Assembly (NCBI GenBank): GCA_964016885.1
Contig: OZ024743.1
Span: 350,486,001-350,550,000 of the forward strand
Reading direction: 5' to 3'
Length of the DNA: 64,000 nt
DNA from: Eledone cirrhosa
Lineage: Eukaryota
Shown: piece after piece, positions 13,549-25,490 of the stretch
How the letters are laid out: every line of letters begins with the position of its first letter
Numbering within the stretch: the first letter of the stretch is position 1
Translations under genes and position numbers: made by a program
The notes under the pieces: model-generated
What the model saw: only the letters and a program-made list of their open reading frames with translations
Told to the model about the DNA's origin: nothing
The model's database searches: none

Positions 13549-14714
13549 TGGGAGTGTAACTTGGAGTTACTGCAGGTTCACCCGGGTGAGCACTCGATGT
13601 TTAGGTTCACTTCTGTGTTGAGGTGTAGAGCTATACAGAGTGTAATAAGGATGATTGGTTACTCCTTCATTACATTTATTGGTAGGTGACGCGCGTTTTG
13701 CCACTGATCAGCTCAAGGTTCGATCTGTATCGATCTTACCCGACTCAATAATCGTCAGCTCGACGGACCCTTTAAAATGCTATAAGAAAATGAATACATG
13801 CTATGTGATAAAGTCAGAAGTTCATAAGTTGTACAATATGAGTTGTTTTGATTGGTGGAAAAGATCATAGGGATGTATTGGACTGTAGCGTATGTGGGGG
13901 TGGATGTGATGATAAGATGTTGGTGACGGTCGCTGGCTGCGATGGGCTGTAGTGTGGGGGTGGTGGATTGACTTTCGCCTGTAGTGTATGTGGCGGTGGA
14001 TGTGATGATAAGATGTGGTGACGGTCGCTGACTGGGATGGGTTGCGATGTGAGGGTAGTGGATGGTCGGTAGACAGATTGGCGTATATTTTTGGCTGGTT
14101 ATTGTGTGGGGTGTGGTTGTGGTGTTGTTGTTTATGGTAGGGGCGTTTGTGGTGTTGTGGTGGATGTGATGGTGGTGTCAAGTCCATGGGGAGGTACATA
14201 TCTAGACACTCTTAGTCTGACAAATACGTTGTATATATATATATACATGCGCATATGTACTGACATATATGCATACACACCTATATGCACACACATACAC
14301 GCGCCCACATAGATCCACACGTACATATATCTATATGCATATATGCACACACATATATATGTGTTCATGCGCGCGTGTGGATATATAGAGATAGGGGGGG
14401 AGTATCGGTGGGGGTGGGCGTAGTATAATGATAGAGGGAGGGTGAGAGCCAATGGAGATGGTGTTGTACATATAGACATACACATACATACACACGTACA
14501 CACACACACACACATACACATATAGATATACACACATACACGTACACACAGATATACACATATTTTATCGGTCGCTGTCTTCATTTTGCAAAGCTGTCTA
14601 AACGTAATGTTATAACTCTAGGGTTATATACCCTATTGAGTGCTTGGCTGCATACCGAGACTGCATTTGTTAGCCGAGCTGCAACCGTAGCTTCATTGAT
14701 GCTGTACTAAATGT

Positions 14715-14806
<92 letters not shown>

Positions 14807-14882
14807 CGAAGGAAATGTGGTAAGGAACCAGATGGACCATAACGCACCAAAGTACTCAATACTTAGGGTAGTAGAGTGGGTA

Positions 14883-15028
14883 ATAGGAACGAGTAGGACC
14901 CCGACGGCTGAGCTCAAGCCGTTTCGACGGCTAATTCTGGACTAAAAAAAAATTTTTTTTTTTTTTTTGTCCAGAATAAACCGTCGAAACGGCTTGAGCT
15001 CAGCCGTCGGGGTCCTACTCGTTCCTAT
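14883..15028. repeat. Palindromic fold-back between (TA)n tracts; each arm holds the 3' half of a hammerhead
   Basis: ATAGGAACGAGTAGGACCCCGACGGCTGAGCTCAAGCCGTTTCGACGG and its reverse complement. Plus arm reads GAAA-CGGCT-tgagctc-AGCCG-TC. A related motif occurs at 45251-45283. Confidence 0.8.
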
Positions 15029-15420
15029 ATATATATATATATATATAAGTAGTCATCCTACAAAATCACCGTTCTTGTAATTATTAGGCTGATTTTAATT
15101 CCTTTCACTTTTATTGGGAGATATAAATGCCAATGCAATAGTTTTATTGTGCGCTTCTATTGCTTACCCAAGCATAAAACAGCGTTAAAAGGGCGTTTTA
15201 GGTTTTCTCTTTATTCTGAAGTTACGTTTCTCTCCGTGTTTTCGATTGAAATAAAAGTGCCTTGCCTTGATATGCTTGTTCTTTTTTTTGGCGGGGGGGG
15301 GGGGCATTGCGATAGCACAATTAAAATATTGTGTTAGTGCTCGCACTGTTTTTTTATATACAGAGATGTATCATCCAAGGAAGGAGAATGCTTTCAAATA
15401 TTTATTATTATTATCATTAT

Positions 15421-15605
15421 TGGTAGATTGGCAGTATCGGTAAAGGGTTGGACGCCATGCTTTGTAGCATAGAGTTACGGCCCTTTATGATCTGATTTCA
15501 AATTCCGCCGAGGTTAACTTTGCCTTTCATCCTTACGGGGTCGATAAAATAAAGTACCAGTAATGCACTGGGATAATTGCTGGCCTTCTGCCAAAAGTAG
15601 AAATA
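15421..15605 (+). mobile_element. Abundant tRNA-derived SINE family copy flanked by (TTA)n
   Basis: Core GAGGTTAACTTTGCCTTTCATCCTTACGGGGTCGATAAAATAAAGTACCAGT, repeated many times in the window. Confidence 0.85.
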
Positions 15606-15850
15606 AAAGAAATAATAATTATTATTATTATCATATTATGGACGCACTTGTGTGAAGGTTCGTAAATTTAAGCTGTTTTAAAGTATCATTTTTTGTATTT
15701 TCTTGTCGATAATGAAGCATAAGGTACCCACCTCGGTTCCAAGGGGGGGGGGGAAACCTCTCAATATTCACGTTTTAAGCCCGAATATTCAGATTTATTT
15801 TTAAAAACTCAGAAAAAAAAATCGCTTCTCCATCAAAAAAAAAAAAACAT

Positions 15851-15895
15851 ATGGAAAATTTCGACCTTGAAACAGCCACTATAGATCTCACCGCA

Positions 15896-15972
<77 letters not shown>

Positions 15973-16945
15973 AGACAAGCCTGTCGCCCATCCCACTGAA
16001 TATAAAAACTAAACACAAAAGTTACCATCACAACCTTTTGTGATAGTAGCAGTACGATCTCGAAATGACATCACTACCTCCGCCGCCGCCCAGGCGTGGA
16101 GGTTAATTAAACGAGAGAAGTCCTGAGCAATCCTGACCATCCCGGACGGGGAAATAGCGACCATGCAAAGGAGGACGGTGTACTTTCGATGCATTTCAGG
16201 GCAGCCAAGCAGAGGTTGAGGTTGCTTTGGGGTGTATCGGAAGTGACATCGAGTACAAAGCAAGGGCCAAGTAGTTCGGTGCCATCTCGGTACTGTTCAA
16301 AACCGAGGCCCTTGCTATTAAGCAATCAGTGACGCCTGCAGAACGGAACGCATTATCATGCACCCGTCCCACATGGGCAAAAGGACAGTAAAGGTCCGCA
16401 TTCCCAGGATCCCACCAGTAAGGAACATATGGTGGCTCCTTGGATGCGTAATCGAGGAGAGGACAGACACTACCCTCCTAGATATCGAAGGGACAGAGAG
16501 AGAAGACTGGTCCGGAATGGATTTGGAGATTCTTCTCCAAATGAAACCAGAGGACATCAACAACATCCCGGATTTTGCCCGCCTGCAGGACGGGACAACA
16601 ATCCAATTAATCACTGAGGGAAGAAGGCCGCACTGCTTCGTCTGCGGGGAAGCAACGCATCTGCAAGCCTTCTGCCCTCAACTCAAAAATGCAGGGGGTC
16701 GCAAACCTCCTTTGTTGCCAACGCCAGTGTCAGCACGGAAAGCTGCACCACCACCACCACCACCACCAACAAAGACATGGGTAACCCGACCAACATCAAA
16801 AACAGCCGGACCACCACCAGCACCGAAACCAAGCAAAGGGGAAAACGAGGAAAGCTCTCCCACTCCCATTACCCCTCCAATTATACAAAACAGACACAGA
16901 CACACTCACAGCCACAGACCCTTTGTCTTCCAGCAGCAAAGATGA
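15851..16945 (+). pseudogene. ORF1a, Gag-like nucleic-acid-binding protein with CX2CX4HX4C knuckle (disrupted)
   Basis: ATG context AAAAAAACATATGGAA; QRRTVYFR block; KRTVKVRIPRIPP...EDWSGMDLEILLQ...ITEGRRPHCFVCGEATHLQAFCP, then a Pro/Thr-rich tail. Confidence 0.8.
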
Positions 16946-17190
16946 AGGAAAACCCCAAAGTGCCAAAAAACAAGAGAAAACTCAGCCCCCAAAAAGCTCC
17001 AACAAAACACAAAAACATACACAACAAAACATACAGACATCACTAACGCAAACACTTCCCCAATAACATCAGCACCAACATCAACATCAACACCTCCCCC
17101 ACAATCCCCGAAACGCAAACAACCTAAACAAACACAAGAACAAATAAACACACAGATACCTGAAATTGCAGACACCACACCTACAACAAC

Positions 17191-19201
17191 ATGGATAACA
17201 CAAGAAAGAGAGAGAGCGCTGTCAGACAACACAGAGAGAGGGAGACTTTGTCAACATATAAACAAGACAGCGTTCTAGCGAAGGTAAATATAAAAGAAAA
17301 TATTACGAAAGAAAAGAGGAACAATTTCATTTTTAATTATATAGTTACAGATTTAAAATTACCAAATATTTCTAACAGAAACAACACCAACAATAACACG
17401 AACAACAACATCATCAATAACAACAGCAACAACAAAAATAACAGCGATAAGGTCGAGAAAGACAATAACAATGACAATAACAACAGCCACAACAACAATA
17501 ATAGTAGGAACAATATCAACAAAAACAACAATAACAACAGCCACAATAACAGTAACAACAGCAACAGTATCAACGAAAACAACAACAACAGCAACAACAG
17601 TACCAACGAAAACATCAACAATGACATCGATACATGTAACAGCGATCTCAGCACCACCAGCAGGACCAGTAGCGGCAGCAATAGTGGTGCCGCTGAAAAA
17701 GGGACCACTTCTTTTGCAGGTGTGACCCGAAATATCGAAACAGTGTTAGTCCCAGAGGAGGAGATGGCAGTCGCAAGGGCCATGGTGACAAGAAACGCCA
17801 ATAGAGTTTCCCTGAAACCTCCACCCGATTTTTTCAAGGATCAGCAGCTACGGACAGTGACTTACCGCACCGTAAGCAAAATGTCTCATCGGGTGGAGGG
17901 CCCATGGAGGCTCAAATCCCAAAGGCCTTGGGTGCGTCTGGGCGCGCAAAACCCACACCACCCGAGGCAGAAAATATGCCACAGTGGACGTACTTTTCGC
18001 TACCCCCAAGAAGCGAAGTCTCACTCTTTGGAAACCTTAAAGAGTGAGGAGTTAGTCTTGGTGCCCTCCTACTGCGGGCAGAAAATTGTGAGGGTCAAAG
18101 TGACCCAGGTCCCGTCCGACGTGCCCATACCTTGGCTGGCCGCGTCTGTCCTTGCTGGAATCGAGGACAGGACGACCATGCTGCAAGTGGAGAAAATAGG
18201 GAGAGGGAACTGGTCAGGTATAGGCATGCAAATATTTATACAAACTGACCAAGAGTGTATCGACGTTATCCCCGATATCATAGACCTAGAGGAAGGACTA
18301 CAACTTCCTATAAGCGTGGAAGGAAGATGGCCAAAATGTTATCTCTGTGAATCAAAGGGTCACCTCAGGGCCTTTTGCCCGCAGAAGACAGCGAAGAAGA
18401 AGACCCCCCTCCTTCCAATGCCTGGTCTGCTGCTACCAAGAGCAGGGCAGGCAACAAACGCAGAAGACCCTTCCATGGTGAATAGGAGGGCAACGACCGT
18501 GGCACCCGTACCAAGGCCATGGACAACTAAAGCAGCAGCATCAGTGGCGGCAACACCAGTAACTACATTTGCAGTAGCTGCACAGCAACAAAATCTCCGG
18601 AGAGGGCTCCACTACCACCACCAACAGCCGTGGAGCACATACCCCTGCCAGGCGCCACGGAATCCGACATGGAGTCTGAGGCGGAAGTGAAATGGGAAAT
18701 GGTCTGCCACAAAAAGCAAAAGAGAAAAAACCCTTAGCTTCACCCTCCAAAAGTGAAGGCAAACAAAGAGGGGAAAAGGCTGCAAGGCGACTCGCAGCAA
18801 CGCCACCACCATCACCACAAACAACCACCACACCACCACCACCGGCATCACCACAAAATTCAACATCTCAAACGTACCCAACAGCAGCAACAAGAAGACA
18901 GCAACAAAACCAAACCACCCCCAAAACATTACACAGCCGTAAACTTATAAAGCAGCACACAGACATTACGGACAAAAATTACTACACCCCACCAACACCA
19001 AGAACTCTTCCGAAAAATATAAGCATTATTGAAATTAAAATAGGACCTTACAAACATTTAAAAGAAAAATTCCCCAACGCAGTTGGAGACTTCAGAGGGT
19101 CAATTACCAGGAGGATATACACCGACATCATCTTGGAGACACCCATGACGAGCCAAAAGGACGGTTCAACTGTCCCTTCTCCACACGATCAGGGTAGGTG
19201 A
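17191..19201 (+). pseudogene. ORF1b, second Gag-like ORF with Asn-rich N-terminus, CCHC knuckle and conserved C-terminal domain (frameshifted)
   Basis: QLRTVTYRTV...QKIVRVKVTQVP...NWSGIGMQIFIQ...VEGRWPKCYLCESKGHLRAFCP. C-terminal LKEKFPNAVGDFRGSITRRIYTDI lies in ORF 18692-19201. Confidence 0.85.
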
Positions 19202-22200
19202 TCCTTTCTCACTTACTCCATTCCTCACCGAACATTTCCTTACTTAGAATAGGCAGTATAAATGTACGTGGCCTGGGGTCATCTTGGAAGCAGGGCCACC
19301 TGCTTAACGATCTCAGGTCACTAAACATAGATGTGGTGGCCATCAGTGATACCAGAATCTCCGAAGTACGAGCCTTCGCACCGATCTTCGGCGGCTACGA
19401 TGTATACACATCTCCCAGCCGTCCGGAAGCGGGGGCGGAGTTGTGCTTTTTCAGAGAGGCTTGGATCTCGCCATATGGGCCATCTTCCTGGACCCAGATG
19501 GTAAGTCGGTGGTGCTGGACGTGACCGGCAGCGAAGGCAATGCTTTCAATCTAGTAGCCGTCTACGCTCCAACAGAGGCAGGACCGCCAAATTTCTTCAG
19601 ACGTCTAGAGACCTTTCTTGGAACGTCCCGCTCTTTAGTGTTAGTGGGTGACTGGAACGGTATCTTAGATGCACGCTGGGATTACGTGGGGCTAGTAAAT
19701 AAGGGAGGAGGATGTAAAATCCTCATCAACCTGCTCAGACGTTTTCAACTGTTTGACAGGTATCGACTGGATTATCCGAATGTACCAATGTGGATATGGG
19801 CAAAAAGCAATGTGTGATCCAGATCGTATCTAGATAGGGTATTGTGTATGGAAACAGATAAGGTTAGCGTAGGTTGTCCACAATTTAAAGTAGTCGGCTA
19901 CTCCGACCACAAATTTGTGATCTGTGAAGTCGACTTAGATAGACTTCACAGGCAAGGACCAGGTTACTGGAAGCTGAACGCGTCTTTCCCGGCGTGCAGA
20001 GCTTACAGAGACCGGATAAGCGAATTAGTTAAGCGTGCGTTGACGGGTGCGATTGTCAACAACAGATGGTGGTTTACCCTGAAAAGGGCAATTAGAGTAG
20101 AATCAATAAGGTTTAGCAAAGGAGTAAAGATAGAGGAAAATAGAGTAGAAGGAGAGCTAGTTAGAAAGCTAGAAGAGGCGTTTAGGACAGGCATCGCAAC
20201 CGACGTGTTTGCGGCAAGATTGGCACTCGACCAATTCTTCAATGCAAAGCACGATGGCTGCGTTGACAGAGCTAGAGCACGTGCTCTAAGACAAGAGGGG
20301 ACAAAAGCTGTCCAATGGACCCTGGTGGTGGAGGCGCGACGTGGCAACAAAGCCACATTTCAATCCTTGCCTGACCGAACCCGAGCAGATGTGAAAGGCT
20401 TTTCAGCAGCACTTTGCTCAACTGTTTGGGAGAGGCGGCGGGCGATCGGAGTAAGAACTTCTGTGCATACCTCGAGCGACTGCCGCAGCTCTCGCTGTCC
20501 GCAGTGCAGTATTGCGAAAACCCGATAACAGCTGGTGAAATACGGGAAGCGATGTCTGACTGCACGAGGGGCAATCGCCAGGTTTGGATGGTCTGCCCTA
20601 CGAGCTTTATGCGTACATGCCAGACTTGTTCGGCGACCTCTTGGCAGACGTCTACTGCAACTGGTAGCAGAACGGGAGCATTCCCAGTTTTGTGAGCCGA
20701 GGAGCGGTTGCGCTGTTGAGAAAAGACCCGAATAAAGGGGATGTTATAGACACCTTCAGGCCCATAACTCTCTTAAACAGACTTCAAGATTTTGGCCAAG
20801 GTGTTAGCAACGAGATTGGCGCTTGTCGTCGGTAATCTGCTAGGAGAGACACAGATATGCGCCATTCCAGACAGATCCATCCACGACAACCTCCACCTCA
20901 TGCGATACATCATAGAGAGAGTGGTTAAGGAACCTGGCACGGGTGATCAATTTAGATCAATCTAAGGCATTTGATAGGGTCGACCATCGGTACCTAGCGG
21001 CGGTCCTCGAGGCGTCTGGTTTCGGGTCCATTTTCAGGGGTTGGATCGCTGCGATGCACAGCGACATCTGCTCATTTGTGAAGGTGAACGGTCATCTGTC
21101 ACAGCCATTCAGCATCATGCACTTGGTCCGTTATGGTTGTCCCCTCTCGTCACTCTTGTACGTATTGGCCCTAGAGCCGTTACTGCATAAATTGGAGGCG
21201 ATGATAGACGTTCCACGCGAACTTGGATGTGGGAAATCCGTATCGGCTTACTCCAGCGACGTCACCGTGGTGGTGTCAAACACCGGACATATCCAGAACT
21301 CGGCAGCGCTCTCAAGGCATATGAATCAGTGACAGGAGCAAAGTTAAACCAGGAAAAGTCGGTGGGTTTGCAGCTCGGCACCTGGAGAGGCAAGTCCATG
21401 CCGTCCGACAGCGTCGTGGGGCGAGGATGGAAGGACCGGTTTAAATTGCTCGGGGTTTGGTTCGGTCCGGACCTCCAGATGGAGAAAAACTGGAGCGAGG
21501 CGACGAAGAGGGTTGCCTCTCTCACCCAGAAATGGGCCGAGAGGAAGCTGTCCCTGAAAGGTCGGGCAGAGGTGACGAATGCGTTCATCGCATCCGTCAT
21601 CTGCTACCGCCTAACCGTTGTGCATTGCCCCGGCCCAACTCTGACAAAACTGGAGCGCCTCCTCTTCCGCTTTTTATGGAAGGGACGTGCTCCATCTGCT
21701 GTCAACACCCGTTGCGTGGAGGGCTGGGCATGCCGTGGCTGATGGTGCGCAAATATGCACTGAGGCTGCGACATCTCTGGTGCTTCCTTGACGGGGAACA
21801 AGTGTGGTCGCCGTTCGCCAGGCACGTTTTCCCACAGCTCGTCTCCTTAACGGAACTCCAGTCCTGGGTCAAGAAAAGACCGAGGTATAGGCTTGTAATC
21901 TGGAATATCTCCAGGCGCTCACTACCCTCTTCCAGCTGGGCACCAGTATCGGTGGAACATCCACATCGGCGTTCTATAGAGGATTAGTGGAGGGGAAGAG
22001 CGACGACGTTCTTGGAGAGATCCTGGGCGTCGAATAAAATCAGCTGTTTGCTCTCTTCCGGGGAACTTTCAGCCCAGGGCCTATGGATAACTTCCAGAAA
22101 TCCCTGGCCTGGCAGTGCTACTGAGGAGCTTTGACGGTTCGAGATTAGCTCTACAGGCACGGAAGTGCGGCAGCCGAACCTGTCCGAGATGCGCGCAGAG

Positions 22201-22534
22201 TGACGGAACCGTCGTGCACGCACTCGTTCAGTGCCCGAGCATTGCTGACTTGTGGAGCTATGTCGAACAGTTTTCCTTCGAGGAGGAAGGGCAGGCGGTT
22301 TTCATCTGCCTGGTGGCCATGGCGAAAGAGATTGTGTGGTGGACAAGGTTGAAAGAGTTAAAGACAGACACTTTCCTCTTCGGCGAATCCCTGATTAACT
22401 TTTTCAAGTTTCATTTGAACAGGAAAATCAGGGTGGAGAGGCAAGTGCTGTCTTCTAGCAAGTTTGTTGAAAGGTGGGTGAATATAGCGAGAATGGTCCG
22501 AGTGAGCGGGACCGCTCTGAATATACGCTTATAG
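19198..22534 (+). pseudogene. ORF2 (APE endonuclease, reverse transcriptase, C-terminal Cys/His finger), multiple stops and frameshifts
   Basis: RIGSINVRGL, VAVYAP, LVGDWN, YSDH, GPGYWKLN, LDQSKAFDRVDH, RYGCPLS, YSSD (degenerate YADD), CPRCAQSDGTVVHALVQC. Confidence 0.92.
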
Positions 22535-23287
22535 TTTGAGGAATGGAAAAAAATTGAGAGGGCGCTTGCCCTGGTGGTCAGGGTGGCTGTGGTCTTTTGT
22601 TTGGTTTTCGCCACGAGTAGGAAATTTTCATTTTTATTGTTTATATATGGTATATGTTTCTATGTCTTTTTTCTTTTTCGTTTCTGATATAAATAATAAA
22701 AAATCTTTACACGCACAAAACCCACATCGTACCGTCCTGTACCGTACTGTGCCATATGTAATGTTTTTCTGATGTCAGCCCTTGTGGCCAATAAAGAAAT
22801 AATTATTATTATCCTCCTTTCTAGTCATGTGTAGTGACACTACTACCTTCCCTCTCTTAACAGGAGGTAGTGAGAGAATAGTGGTGGTAGCGATGATGGA
22901 GTGGTGACGGTGGTGATGGGGTAGTAGTACTGTAGTGATGGTATTGTTGCTGCTGTTGGTTTGTCTCTAGCTAAATTTTGTGGTAGTGGTGGCGGCGGTG
23001 GTTGTGGTGGTGTTGGTGGTGAAATTATTTGGCTGTTGTTTTCTTCCATTTATGACCATTTGTAACTATTTTCTTCTTTTGACTATAACATTTCTGATAC
23101 AAAATTAAAATTTGAGCAATATACCAGAGTGTTACGTGTTGTCACTTCAGGAGAGTTAAGACTAGTTTCTTATGTCCCATTTGTAATAAGAATTATTCTA
23201 TCACAATTGTTTTAAATATGTAAAAAGTCAAAACCTTACGGGAGCGATTCCATAACACTCTATCCACCATCTGCGTAATCTTCCCTA

Positions 23288-23318
<31 letters not shown>

Positions 23319-23530
23319 GGCGACCTACGTAGTAAATCGTATCATCGTGAGCTCCACAAAGGTTTGTTGTTTCCGTTTGTTAAAAATTGCCATTTATGGA
23401 AAATTTTATTGTTAACTGTATATAAGCGCACATACATTGTTTTCCGAAAAGGACACCCCAAAAGATTGGGGCCTTGTGCCCAAAATTTAAACATTTATAA
23501 TTATCAAAAAAAATTTATTTGAAAAAAAAC

Positions 23531-25456
23531 ATGGAAGTCTCACAGCCACACGAAGCTGACAGCCTTCCACATAAACTAACACCTCACACCGACACCACCA
23601 TTGTAAATATTACTACGTTTGCCAACACAAAAAATTTAAGCAGTAGCAATATTTTAAATTTGTCTCAGACAGACATTCATTTCCCGCCATTACCAATGAC
23701 TGCAGGTGTTAAAGCCGCCACCACCACCACCACGGCGACAACCACCACCCCCACCACCACCGCGACAACAGAAACAAAAGAAGAAAAAATAAATTAACTC
23801 GTGATGTCGAAATGAATTCAACCAAAATGGACTCTTCCACATCGAACACCACTGACGTCACCACCAACACAACTGAAACTAAAATTAATAATAACAAAAA
23901 TAACGATAACAACAACAGCAACAATGACAATAAAAAAGCACCCTGAGTTTTGCCAGAGTAGCAAAACAGTGCGAAGCATTTCAGGTAACTCAGGAGGAAT
24001 TAGAAAATGCCCCCAAAATGGTAAAGAAAGATGGGTACAGGGTCAGCCCCCCCCCCCCCCCGCCTAATAAAATGGAGCATCGGCGCCTATGCACCGTGTC
24101 GTATCGAACAATTAATGTAAAATCGCGCCGAGTGGAACGTGCATCCGAGTCCCAAATCCCAAAAGCTTTGGGACATGTGTGGGCAAGAAAAACCCACATC
24201 AGACGTGGGCAGAAGTATGGAACCGTGGACGTGTTCTTTGAAACACCAGAGGAGGCTAGAGAACACTCCATGGCCCCATTAAGAAGTGACGACTTCACAC
24301 TCGTCCCAAGATATTGTGGCCAGAGACTCGTAAAGATCAGGGTGACCCACGTTCCACCGGCCATGGAAATTCCCTGGCTAATAGCGGTCGTCCTCGCCGG
24401 CATCGAAGCCAACACCAAGATAATAGCAATAGCAAAAGAAAAGCAGGAGAACTGGTCCGGATCTGGGATGGAGCTCCTGATCCAAGCAGACCAAAAAGCA
24501 TTAAGGAGATTCCAGAGGTAATAGACTTCACTGACGGCAGCCACCTCACCGTAATTGTCGAGGGCAGAAGGCCTAGGTGTGTCGTTTGTGGTGAAGGAAC
24601 CCACCTCTCCTACCCACCCCAGTGACTCAACCATCAACACCACCAGTAGCAGAGATGGCAGCAACAACTGTAGCAGCAACAACAGAAGCAACTATAATAG
24701 CAACAACCCCAGCAACAGTAACAAAACCAACACCACCACTACCCAACGCTTCAGAACTAGCACCAGCGCCTACACCATCCACCACGCCACAACCAAAACT
24801 AACGCCTGTGGAGGATTTTCCACTCCCCGACCTATCACAACTGGAGACAGATTGTGACGACGAGGAGTGGGGAAACGGTATCAGGAAAAAAGAAAAAAAG
24901 AAACCAAAAAAAGAAAATTTCTCTTCCTTCCCCCTCCAAAAACAAAATACAGAGGGAAACAAATAAATTAACAAACAAAAAGGTTAGGACAGATATGCCA
25001 CCATCCACACCAGCATCACCAATCCCATCACCCCAAACACCAACACCATCACCATCATTAACCCCAACTCCACCATCACCTACACTACAAAAGTCACCAA
25101 AATGCGAAACAGAAACAAACCCACAACAAACGCAAACAAAACAAAACAACCAAAACGATACACACTACACAGCATTAAATTTGAACAACAAGCAATTATT
25201 ACACTACATCCAACACAACACCAGCATCACAGAAAAAGACTACACAACAACCCAAAAATTCACACCACCTCCACACATACAAATCACTCGCATCACACAG
25301 AAAACGTATATGACACTAAAAGAAAAATTCCCCAAAGACATCGGAGACTTCCAACAAGCACTCTCCAGGAGGATTTATAAGGACATCCTTCCGGAGGAGG
25401 CCACAAGCAGTGAAAAGGATGGAAAAACCGTCCTTCCTCTACGAGAAGTAAGGTAA
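23531..25456 (+). pseudogene. LINE copy 2 ORF1 (frameshifted)
   Basis: AAAAAAAACATGGAA start; RRLCTVSYRTI...RLVKIRVTHVPP...NWSGSGMELLIQ; VEGRRPRCVVCGEGTHL; C-terminal LKEKFPKDIGDFQQALSRRIYKDI. Confidence 0.85.
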
Positions 25457-25490
25457 GTGGTCTTTCCCATCTTTTCCACTCCATTTCAAT

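Larger units (their letters stand above)
15640..22812 (+). mobile_element. Tx1/L1-type LINE copy 1 (about 7.2 kb): ORF1a + ORF1b + decayed ORF2, AATAAA + (TTA)n tail
   Basis: Starts with GG after (TTA)n; two CCHC-knuckle ORF1 modules; APE endonuclease-RT-zinc finger ORF2 in pieces; ends CCCTTGTGGCCAATAAAGAAATAATTATTATTAT. Confidence 0.9.
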
